Positions 1 through 7,844 of a DNA stretch of 36,047 bases are shown one piece after another (within the stretch, counting starts at the first letter, position 1; the number at the start of each line of letters is the position of its first letter). The notes beneath the pieces are model-generated. The model saw nothing but the letters and a program-made list of their open reading frames with translations, was not told where the DNA came from and searched no databases. Both the position numbers and the translations under genes were made by a program. Origin of the DNA: a virus (taxonomy: Duplodnaviria; Caudoviricetes). The stretch is from positions 1 through 36,047 of the IMG/VR virus record IMGVR_UViG_3300016666_000422. The stretch is one strand, 5' to 3'.

Positions 1-20
1 AGGAAACCCGGGGCGATTCA
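1..20 (-). mobile_element. Terminal inverted repeat of an IS3-family (IS51/IS629-like) insertion sequence extending off the left edge
   Basis: Reverse complement of 1-20 is TGAATCGCCCCGGGTTTCCT, matching the TGAAYCGCCCCGGG start of IS51-subgroup ends. It is GC-rich, abuts an AT-rich gene and lies at the window edge. Confidence 0.7.
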
Positions 21-1168
21 ACTTCTACATCCGTCATATCCGAAAACTCATCCGCGATATGCTTCAATATGGACGGACGATTCCCGCCCTTATCTTTTGC
101 TTCACTAATCTTATCTGCGTATTGAGGTAGCGACACACAGAAAGGATAACGACTAGGCAAAACCGATGGTATATCTTCTGCCTTTGCGCGATCAATGAAT
201 TCTTCAATAAGCTCTGAAACGTTATCCTCCAACATGTAGCCGGAGTCTTCTTTTAGCATTGAAGCTCTGAATAGCTGCGCTAAAAATAGGGACGCTGTAG
301 ATTTCCCCTGGCCCGGCCCTCCTAGAAGTACTACATTACCAACAGGAAGGCCTACACTTGCACTTTCCTTCGAAAGAATACTTGGTTTGAAAATACCTTT
401 AGCAGTTTCAATTGACTCACTTACGAACTGAAAATCTTCCCCTCCCCACTCTTGCTTTCTTGCTGGAAGATCGACGAAAACTTGACTCGATCTGATCTGA
501 TCATCGCTAACGCTTCCTGCGTCTTTCAACCTGACATTTTTGTCTTTTTTTATTGAGAGCTGCAGCATTAACTTTAGAGCATAAGATAACTGTTTCTGCT
601 TGGCACTTACATTGCTTAGCAATTGCTCTAACACGTCCCCTGGCGTAATCCACGCAGCAAAAGTTGTTCGAATATTTGGAGATAATGCCAGCATAGTTTC
701 CAGCTTCTCCGACGACCAAATATCAAAGCTTTTTAAGCCCATCTTTATTTTCCAAGTTTCCAAATACTCGGAAACTTTCGTCATGCCGCCTTTTCGCAAC
801 CTTCCGCTAACTTTCGAATCAGCGCCGGACAAATTAACATTTGTCGCAATAATGTAATATTCCGGCTTAATATAATCTTTATCAGGATCAGCGTACTTAC
901 TGAACTCAGACTCAAGTTGCTTTATTAGCCAATCAACATCAGAAGATCCGCCTCTTAGAATTTTTTTGAACTTCGCTTGAAGTACGACATATCCGTTCCA
1001 TTTTGGATTTTTATACCCTTCAATAGAACCGGTATAGGAAAAGTCTCGACCCGCGTCCGGCCCCATTGGATAAACTTGGCCAGCCAATCCAAATTTCTCT
1101 ATAGCTAAAGACCTTACAACTTTCTCAAAAGACTCGCCATTAAGTTTTTCAAAAGTAAAAGATTCCAT
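21..1168 (-). CDS. Mrr-like restriction endonuclease-NACHT/STAND NTPase (bacterial NLR-like anti-phage candidate); only the first ~382 codons visible, probably IS-interrupted
   Basis: Not in the ORF track. Manual translation from ATG 1168: MESFTFEKLNGESFEKVVRSL...GPDAGRDF...VVLQAKF (Mrr-type D..D..QxK), then IRSSQVFVDLP and Walker A GGPGQGKST (296-322). Frame open to the edge, AT-rich. Confidence 0.8.
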
Positions 1169-1208
1169 GCTCTAATGTCCTGTGTAATTTTCAATAGGCT
1201 TTGCTATG

Positions 1209-1252
1209 ATTATGCCACCAAAAAGCGCTAGTACATGGCATAATGCCATGTA
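1209..1252. promoter_or_regulatory. Perfect palindrome plus extended -10-like element upstream of the NACHT gene
   Basis: TACATGGCAT-A-ATGCCATGTA at 1232-1252; minus-strand TGGCATAAT at 1209-1217. Confidence 0.5.
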
Positions 1253-1683
1253 TCTTCACCATATTTAAATTATTTTTCTTCCGTATTCAAAACTGATGTG
1301 AACGTGCCCACATTGACTGAAGATCCGCTCTGCTGAGTTTCATTTCAGTAGAGACTACCCCCAGCTTCGTAGGTGCTTACAGACTGTATACGCTAGACGG
1401 TCCCACTTTGATGACTGTCCGCTTATGGCCCATAGCTGCCTATGGCTACCCGGAGAAATCGGTAGGTCTTTACCGAAAAGGTAGAAAAGGTATTCGTCAT
1501 CGGCGACCAATTCGAGCACAAACAAATGCCACGTTGATGTGCATTCACTCCTTTGACTCAAAAAACCTACCTTTGCAGGGATCCGCAGGGTTTTCGTCTC
1601 CCAAAACTCTCTGCCCAGCCCACAGCCCTGCCAACTGCCAGCTAGGTGCAGAACTGCGGAAAAAAAGACCTATTAAGCCCGCA

Positions 1684-1709
1684 GGCGAGGTGGGGGGACG
1701 ACGGCGCGC
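1684..1709 (+). other. Putative cos (cohesive end) site, P2/phiCTX-like
   Basis: GGCGAGGTGGGGGGACGACGGCGCGC resembles P2 cos context GGCGAGGCGGGGAAAGCACTGCGCGC; same orientation relative to the minus-strand portal gene as in P2. Confidence 0.75.
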
Positions 1710-1905
1710 ACCGGGGCATGAAGCACGTCACTAAATCGAAGCGATTCAACATTGCCATCCGACAGCCTCCCCCTGAAAGCCCAGCAGCCTGTATGGGTGG
1801 CGTCAAAGTGCGACTGACTTCCATCAGCACTTTGACGAGAAATGCTGCGCGCTAGTACTAGCAGCCTCACAAGGTGCGGTTTACAGGTCTATTTGTGACA
1901 GATCG

Positions 1906-1930
1906 AAAAAAACCGCCTCGATGGGCGGCT
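1906..1930 (-). terminator. Intrinsic terminator downstream of vapC
   Basis: Minus strand CCGCC-catcga-GGCGG followed by T7. Confidence 0.75.
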
Positions 1931-1952
1931 TGGTAATACTGTAACGCACAGG

Positions 1953-2327
1953 TTAAACGATGATCGTGTGAGGGTATGCGTGCATGGCGCTGTCGTGTGT
2001 CACCAGGCTGATACCTTCTGCAAGCGCTTGGGCCACCATAATGCGGTCAAACGGATCTCGGTGATGATTCGGCAGATTGCCTACAGTCAGCCCGTGATCA
2101 GAACTGATCGGCAATTCAAGGTAGCCTGCATCTAACAGTACTTTGCGTAGCACAGCAGGAATAACGCCGGTGCGCTCGGCGCCTTTGATGGTCAGCTCCC
2201 AGATGCTGGCTGCGCTGAAATAAAGGGTGTTGGCCTCATCGTCGATGAGCTGGGCCGCTGCCTTGGACAGTTTGTCGTCGCCGATAGCGGCCCAGATTAA
2301 GATATGAGTGTCGAGCAATAATTTCAT
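1953..2327 (-). CDS. vapC: PIN-domain VapC-family toxin
   Basis: LLLDTHILIW, SIWEL, HRDPFDRIMVAQA, LVTHD acidic PIN motifs; 4-nt overlap with the antitoxin gene. Confidence 0.93.
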   Translation of the reverse strand: MKLLLDTHILIWAAIGDDKLSKAAAQLIDDEANTLYFSAASIWELTIKGAERTGVIPAVLRKVLLDAGYLELPISSDHGLTVGNLPNHHRDPFDRIMVAQALAEGISLVTHDSAMHAYPHTIIV

Positions 2328-2551
2328 GCCTTGCCCTCAAACAGATCCGCTATTTCAGCATCCAGAGCGTCCGAAGCCTCGGCGTTGAATGTCACACCAG
2401 TGAGCATCCCACGACGCTTGGGGGCCGTAATAGGTACCAGCATGGCCACTGGCACGCCTGCCTTGGCGATGATGATGGTCTCCCCTCCCGCCGCCGCATC
2501 AACAAGCTGCGAGAAGTGCGTTTTCGCTGCATGGATATTGTGGGTCTGCAT
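2324..2551 (-). CDS. Phd/YefM-family antitoxin
   Basis: NIHAAKTHFSQLVDAAAGGETIIIAKAGVPVAMLVP is the Phd/YefM signature; directly upstream of the PIN toxin. Confidence 0.93.
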   Translation of the reverse strand: MQTHNIHAAKTHFSQLVDAAAGGETIIIAKAGVPVAMLVPITAPKRRGMLTGVTFNAEASDALDAEIADLFEGKA

Positions 2552-2584
2552 GTCGCCACCTCTCGATAGTTGGTTAATGCAGTC

Positions 2585-2613
2585 AGTCTAGTCCAGCCAG
2601 CGGACTAAGTAAA
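2585..2613 (-). promoter_or_regulatory. sigma70 promoter of the TA operon with overlapping operator
   Basis: Minus strand TTTACT-17 bp-TAGACT; inverted repeat TAGTCC-N7-GGACTA (2589-2607) fills the spacer. Confidence 0.7.
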
Positions 2614-2637
2614 CCATGCTTAAGTGCCTCCGCCTGC

Positions 2638-2700
2638 GGTGCAGCGCTTCGGGGCAAAAGACCTACTTCGCCAACAAGATAGGTGGGGGGGACGACGGCG
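2638..2700 (+). repeat. Degenerate second copy of the cos region (direct repeat of 1645-1706)
   Basis: Manual alignment gives 48/63 identical positions, including GGTGCAG, AAAAGACCTA and AGGTGGGGGG(G)ACGACGGCG. Confidence 0.75.
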
Positions 2701-2924
2701 ATCGCCCGTCCAGATTCCGACACGACATGAGGGTGAACCCGCCAATTCCCGGAAAGAGTGGCAAGGAATGTAATCCTTTGAGTTTTGTGATAGAAATACC
2801 ACACCGGCTAGGAAAAATAGCAAAACGCCACTAGCCTAGGAGACTGCGAGTCTTCTTGCCAAGCCGGGTGAATTATTGAGAGGCTGGAATGAGACTCTGC
2901 TTGCTCCATTAAGAGGAATACACT

Positions 2925-3434
2925 ATGGAGAGATATAAATTCCTCTACGAATTATCCAAACAAGCTTTAGATGAAGAAATTGATCGTTTCAAAAAACTCG
3001 AAGAAAAAGCAGGTCGATTCCTCAGTATATTGAGCATTGTCATTGTTGGGTATACAGCATTAAATAACGCTGCCGCCTCAGCAGTTCTACCAGCACACGG
3101 ACTGCTCAGCTACACATTCATAGCACTTTCAGCTTTAACTTATATTGCCCTACTATCAGCCTGCTCAAAACTATTCAGCAGCATCAAACTCTCTAAAAGC
3201 CCACGAGTGGCGATAGACAACGAGACTACTGAAATAATCCAAAACGAAGACCTATTAACTTCATATTACCAAATGGCTATAGCCTGCCAAGAGGCCCAGC
3301 AAATCGCCAAAGACCAACTGGATATAAAAACGGGATACCTACTTAGCGCCTATAAGGAAATAAGCTTCTCTGCAGCAATTCTATCAGCTTCGTTAATTAC
3401 ATACTTTTTAATTTTAGCCCACAAAGGAACATAA
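2925..3434 (+). CDS. Hypothetical membrane protein (~3 TM), loosely resembling Pycsar-effector-like TM proteins
   Basis: GAGGA RBS, AT-rich; charged helix ending LEEKAGRFL followed by hydrophobic segments; C-terminal K..YL..AY plus TM helix. Confidence 0.75.
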   Translation: MERYKFLYELSKQALDEEIDRFKKLEEKAGRFLSILSIVIVGYTALNNAAASAVLPAHGLLSYTFIALSALTYIALLSACSKLFSSIKLSKSPRVAIDNETTEIIQNEDLLTSYYQMAIACQEAQQIAKDQLDIKTGYLLSAYKEISFSAAILSASLITYFLILAHKGT

Positions 3435-3436
3435 CG

Positions 3437-3553
3437 ATGAGCGATAATAAAGATAGCAAAAAAGAAGAACAGCGTCCCAAACCGAATCCTGACGCAAACA
3501 AACCCAAAATAGTAATGGTATTGAATCACTTAACAAAGAAAGAAAAAAAATAG
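3437..3553 (+). CDS. Small 38-aa Lys/Pro-rich peptide (not in ORF track)
   Basis: AAAGGA RBS, ATG 2 nt after the upstream stop: MSDNKDSKKEEQRPKPNPDANKPKIVMVLNHLTKKEKK*. Confidence 0.6.
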   Translation: MSDNKDSKKEEQRPKPNPDANKPKIVMVLNHLTKKEKK

Positions 3554-3609
3554 ACAAATTAGATTCATGACAACCACAAAACCGCCAACAACTAAAAGGA
3601 ATAGTTATC

Positions 3610-3999
3610 ATGGGCAAAGAAAATTTTCATGCTAGTGTTCAGTACAACGATTTCAAAGGAACTGCCGCATCAGATCGAAAAGACACATTCAGCATCGAAC
3701 AGTACCTCACTAAAAAAGGCTTTTTAAACGAGGGAGAATTCCTTGTCGGTATAGAAGCATACGCATGCGAACTTTCCGGAAAAGCCCAGACCTCCGATTT
3801 CGAAGTGACTGCATTAGTGACAAGATACGAAGGATTCGACAACGTTCAAGCGGCTCTCGATTCAGGTGAGCCACTTAAAGTTAAAAAAATACAATTTCCA
3901 ATGCAAATTGTAGAGTTTTTCACCCTATTCAAACGGTTCAAGATATCAATTTCGAATCACGGTTTAATTGACCAACGCGATGTCATTTTTGACGACTAA
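3610..3999 (+). CDS. Hypothetical protein (moron)
   Basis: AAAAGGA RBS, 129-aa AT-rich ORF convergent on the portal gene. Confidence 0.8.
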   Translation: MGKENFHASVQYNDFKGTAASDRKDTFSIEQYLTKKGFLNEGEFLVGIEAYACELSGKAQTSDFEVTALVTRYEGFDNVQAALDSGEPLKVKKIQFPMQIVEFFTLFKRFKISISNHGLIDQRDVIFDD

Positions 4000-4024
4000 C
4001 GTTAGCCAACGTTTACGCCCTGGT

Positions 4025-5050
4025 CTAGATGACCGGGGCTATCTCATACGCTTTAAACCTCACAACCTCCTCCCCTACCCACTCATTCAACTGCGTCATG
4101 CGCGATTGAATCGGCTCCAGCTCGTTCGCCACAAAGATCTGCGCCGCTTCCCGAATCGAGCCAAACCCACCCGCGTTCTGTGGCACTATGCCCATCAACT
4201 GCGGCGGTATGCGCAGGCTGGCCAGCACGTCATCGCGGGTCTGGTTTTTGATCGAGCTGAATTCATCCTTGGCTGCGACCTCACTTACCGGGATCAGCTG
4301 AATACCGTCCTTCTTGCCATTGGGCGAGTACACAAACAGGTTGCGAAAGTTGCCGGGGCCCTTGGAGTCTTTCAGGGCTTTACGCAGGGCATCGACGTCG
4401 GATTCGTTCTGAGCCGGGTCGGTCATGTAGAGGATAAATCCGGCATGGCTGCCGTTTTCGTAGTACTTGCGGCGAAACAGCGTCGCGGATTCGTTGAGCA
4501 AAGCCGACTGCAGCGCGCTAATCCATTCCGGCAAGCCGTACACCTCCTGGTGCAGATCAGCTTCGCGCAGATGGAAGATGCTACCCGCGTCAAACTCGTG
4601 CTCTTCCTTCCAGCCCTGAACCAGAAAATAGCGGCCGTCCTGCCCTGCCCGCATGTACTTGGCCAGCGCCGGTTTCAATTGAAAGGTCGAGCCCAGCATC
4701 GAGCGCCGTGCCTCGATATAGCCGTTGCCCAGGCTGAGAAAATCCAACGCAAACTGTTCGAATGCGGCCCGCGACAGCAGCCGATGCGGGATAAAGGTCT
4801 TGCTCAGCAAGTTGCGCTTGAAGGTCAGGCCCGAGTGCAGATGCACGCTGGAACCCACTGACCGCGACAACCCGTCCAGCGACAACGGCGGCTCATACCA
4901 GCGCCCGTTAAACCAGCACTCCAGATAATCGAAAACCGCCCGACCACCCAGCACCGGGGTTGGCTCACCAAAGCTGAAAGCCTGAATGGCCTGGTTAACT
5001 CTGCCGCCTGCAACTTGAGGTGCAGTGTCTGCCGGTTGATCGTTCATCAA
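4025..5050 (-). CDS. gpQ: Portal protein (P2 gpQ, PBSX family)
   Basis: YGLPEW, FRRKYYENGSHAGFILY, SKGPGNFRNLF, RIPPQLMGIVP motifs; synteny. Confidence 0.95.
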   Translation of the reverse strand: MMNDQPADTAPQVAGGRVNQAIQAFSFGEPTPVLGGRAVFDYLECWFNGRWYEPPLSLDGLSRSVGSSVHLHSGLTFKRNLLSKTFIPHRLLSRAAFEQFALDFLSLGNGYIEARRSMLGSTFQLKPALAKYMRAGQDGRYFLVQGWKEEHEFDAGSIFHLREADLHQEVYGLPEWISALQSALLNESATLFRRKYYENGSHAGFILYMTDPAQNESDVDALRKALKDSKGPGNFRNLFVYSPNGKKDGIQLIPVSEVAAKDEFSSIKNQTRDDVLASLRIPPQLMGIVPQNAGGFGSIREAAQIFVANELEPIQSRMTQLNEWVGEEVVRFKAYEIAPVI

Positions 5051-6804
5051 AATATCTCCATCCGCCCGGTGTTGGCAGTGGTCTGCCCCTCAAGCGGTTC
5101 GTTGTGCAATGCGTGAAAGAGCGCCCAGGCCAGGTCGGCGTGGCCGGTAGAGTCGTTGCGCCCTGCGGTGTAGGTGTATTGGCGACCGCCTGCGGTGACG
5201 GTTTTACGGATGGCCATCAGAGACTGCGCCATATCGGTCCAACCAGCGTCGAACTCCAACCGGCCCTTATGGATCACGTCATAGGCTTTGAGTACGAGGC
5301 GGGTTTTGACTTCCGGCGAATAGCTGAAGGAGGTGACGTTGGGGAAGAACTGTCGCACCAGCTGCGCCACGCCGCTGCCCAAGCCGGTGACATCGATGCC
5401 GATATAAGTCACCCAGTAGCGGTCGCAGACGCTTTTGATAAAGGCTGCCTGCGCCGCGAAGTCCATGCCCCGGAATTGATGGCGCTCCAGCACGCGGAAT
5501 TTGCCGCCCGGTACCAGCGGCGGCGCGCAAACAACCAGCCCGGAGCAGTCCCCCGTCTCGGCAGGGTCGTAGCCGATCCACACCTGCCTGTCGCCGAATG
5601 GACGAGAGGCAAAGGGTTTGTAGTCCTCGGCCCACTCCACCCAGCTATCGACCATGCACGTCTGCAGCAGGGCCAGCGGAAAGATGCTCGCGCCGTCGTC
5701 GATGAACTCGCACATCAACAGGTTGGTGTACGCCTCCGGACTGTACTCGTGGCGTATCTCCTCAATATCGAACAGGTCACAACCACCCCGCTCCGCATCA
5801 AGGATGGTCACGATCTGCCGCCACAACCGATCCTCACAGAACCTCCCCTGCTGCAGGCTGCCGTGTGACACATCGACTTTGGTGTGTTGCGCAGCGGGTA
5901 AGCCCTTGTTGAAGCGCTCACCCGTCCAGAAGGTGTACGCCTCATGGGCCATACTGGAAGGCGTCGAGAAGTAGGTTTTGCGCCACTTCTTGTGCAGCGC
6001 CATGCCCGAAGCTACCTTGTTCAGTTCCTCGAATTTGAACGTCCAGAAGAACTCATCAAAGTAGAAATTACCGTGATAACCCTGAGCCGTTCGGGCGTTG
6101 GTACCCAGAAAATGCAGCTCGGCCCCATTGGGCAACACAATCGGATCACCGGTTAGCTCGATCCCACAGACCTCACGCACAAACGCCAGAATGTATCCCC
6201 GGAACAAGTAGGCCTGATTCTTCGAAGCCGACAGAAAAATCTGATTACGCCCAGTCTCCAGCGCATCGAGAAACGCCTCACGGGCAAAGTAGTAGGTCGC
6301 ACCGATCTGACGGCTTTTGAGGATGACTCTGGTGCGTTGGCTGCCAGCGCGGTACCAGTCTTTCTGGTAGTCGAAGCAGCCATCGATAAACGCTTCACGC
6401 AGCAGCTCGATCTGGTCTTCGCCGATCTCGTTTTTGACCGCCTTTCTCTTCGGCTCGCTGTTACGCTTAGCCAGGTTTGGGTTGAGATCGGTTTCGGTAC
6501 CGCCGCCCTGGTACCGCACAATCCGCGCCTGCCGCTCCAACTGGCGGTGCAGCAGATCGATCTCCTTAAAATCCCCGCTTGTCTTGCCGTCCTTGAGGAT
6601 CAACTGCACCAGCCGCGCCTCCAGCGCACCGCCGATTCGCTCCACGTTATCCGCCCGATCCCATTCGTCGCGGGTCTTCCAGCTGTGTAGCGTTTTCTCT
6701 TTTTCGCCCGTAGCCTCGGCGATCTCACAGACGCGCCAACCCATCCAGTACAGAAACTTGGATTGGCGGCGGGCGTCCATCGGTAACAAAGCGGTCGTAG
6801 TCAT
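5047..6804 (-). CDS. gpP: Terminase ATPase (large) subunit (P2 gpP)
   Basis: LKSRQIGAT, YFDEFFW, GYDPA, GHADLAWA motifs. Confidence 0.96.
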   Translation of the reverse strand: MTTTALLPMDARRQSKFLYWMGWRVCEIAEATGEKEKTLHSWKTRDEWDRADNVERIGGALEARLVQLILKDGKTSGDFKEIDLLHRQLERQARIVRYQGGGTETDLNPNLAKRNSEPKRKAVKNEIGEDQIELLREAFIDGCFDYQKDWYRAGSQRTRVILKSRQIGATYYFAREAFLDALETGRNQIFLSASKNQAYLFRGYILAFVREVCGIELTGDPIVLPNGAELHFLGTNARTAQGYHGNFYFDEFFWTFKFEELNKVASGMALHKKWRKTYFSTPSSMAHEAYTFWTGERFNKGLPAAQHTKVDVSHGSLQQGRFCEDRLWRQIVTILDAERGGCDLFDIEEIRHEYSPEAYTNLLMCEFIDDGASIFPLALLQTCMVDSWVEWAEDYKPFASRPFGDRQVWIGYDPAETGDCSGLVVCAPPLVPGGKFRVLERHQFRGMDFAAQAAFIKSVCDRYWVTYIGIDVTGLGSGVAQLVRQFFPNVTSFSYSPEVKTRLVLKAYDVIHKGRLEFDAGWTDMAQSLMAIRKTVTAGGRQYTYTAGRNDSTGHADLAWALFHALHNEPLEGQTTANTGRMEIF

Positions 6805-6850
6805 GGCCGCGATGCTGCCGCCCGCGCCCTCTACTCAGTAGCACCCCCAC

Positions 6851-6871
6851 TTGTAACCCCCAGCCCTACAA
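6851..6871. promoter_or_regulatory. Ogr-family activator box between divergent P and O late promoters
   Basis: TTGTA-N11-TACAA; same motif recurs upstream of V and FI. Confidence 0.75.
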
Positions 6872-6972
6872 GGGCGCCTCGTTGCCGCAACACGCGCGCG
6901 TCCCGAACATGCCCCTCATTGCAGCGCATCTTTTCCGACAGGAACGCGCCCCACGCACTGAGGATTCTCGGC

Positions 6973-7803
6973 ATGAAAAAGTTTCGCAGTAATTGGTTTT
7001 GTGTCGCCGTAGAGGGCGCGACCTCTGACAAACGCACCATCAAGCGCGCTTGGCTGGAACAGGCCGCGAAAAACTTCAACCCGGCCACCTACGGCGCCCG
7101 CATCTGGCTGGAGCACTTTCGCAGCCTGCTGCCCGACAGCCCGTTCAAAGCCTACGGCGACGTACTCGCGGTCAAGACTGACGAGATCGATATTAACGGC
7201 CAGAAAAAACTGGCCCTGTTTGCCCAGGTCGAACCCACCCCCGAACTGATCGCCCTGAACAAGGCCAAGCAGAAAATCTACAGTTCCATCGAAATTGACG
7301 ACAGCTTTGCCGACACAGGCGAAGCCTACATTGTCGGTTTGGCGGTGACCGACTCCCCGGCCAGCCTGGGCACTGATGTGCTGGCCTTTTCGGCGCAAAA
7401 GCCCGAATCCAGCCCCTTCAAAGACCGCCACTACTCCGCGACCTCAATGTTTACCGAGGCACTGGAAACCACCCTCACCTTTGAAGAAATCGAAGTAAAA
7501 CCCAGCATCGGTGCCCAGCTGTTCAGCAAGGTCCAAGACCTGCTCAAACGCAAAGAGGCCAAGGACGACAGCGAATTCGGCGCCATCGGCCAAGCCGTCG
7601 AAGCCGTTGCCGAACACGGCAAAAGCCTCGGAGAGCAATTCACCGCCGAGCAAACCCGCAACAGCGAGCTGCGCGCTCAAGTGCAGCAGCTCAGCACCGA
7701 CTTGAGCACGCTCAAAACCACCCTCGGCAACACTCAGGATCACACCCAACTCACACGCCCCCCGGTAACCGGCGGCGGCAGCCAGGCACTGGCTGAATTC
7801 TGA
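6973..7803 (+). CDS. gpO: Capsid scaffolding protein/protease (P2 gpO)
   Basis: VAVEGATSDKRTI, IWLEH, GLAVTDSPASLGT; start moved to ATG 6973 after GAGGA. Confidence 0.95.
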   Translation: MKKFRSNWFCVAVEGATSDKRTIKRAWLEQAAKNFNPATYGARIWLEHFRSLLPDSPFKAYGDVLAVKTDEIDINGQKKLALFAQVEPTPELIALNKAKQKIYSSIEIDDSFADTGEAYIVGLAVTDSPASLGTDVLAFSAQKPESSPFKDRHYSATSMFTEALETTLTFEEIEVKPSIGAQLFSKVQDLLKRKEAKDDSEFGAIGQAVEAVAEHGKSLGEQFTAEQTRNSELRAQVQQLSTDLSTLKTTLGNTQDHTQLTRPPVTGGGSQALAEF

Positions 7804-7844
7804 CCTGACGGCCCACACACGCCTGCCCACGACCGGAGACACCC

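Noticed and set aside
507-857. Track ORFs of 70 and 85 aa
   Set aside because: They overlap the real NACHT reading frame, which the track missed because it has no stop in the window.
1355-1870. Several 60-108 aa ORFs around cos
   Set aside because: No RBS or protein-like features; region better explained as non-coding cos.
3993-4007. GACTAAC-GTTAGCC at the end of the 129-aa gene, reminiscent of integron attC core sites
   Set aside because: No intervening L boxes or stem; too short to distinguish from chance.
3968-5868. Long plus-strand ORFs (297 aa, 282 aa) opposite portal and terminase
   Set aside because: Antisense shadows of GC-rich conserved genes; no motifs.
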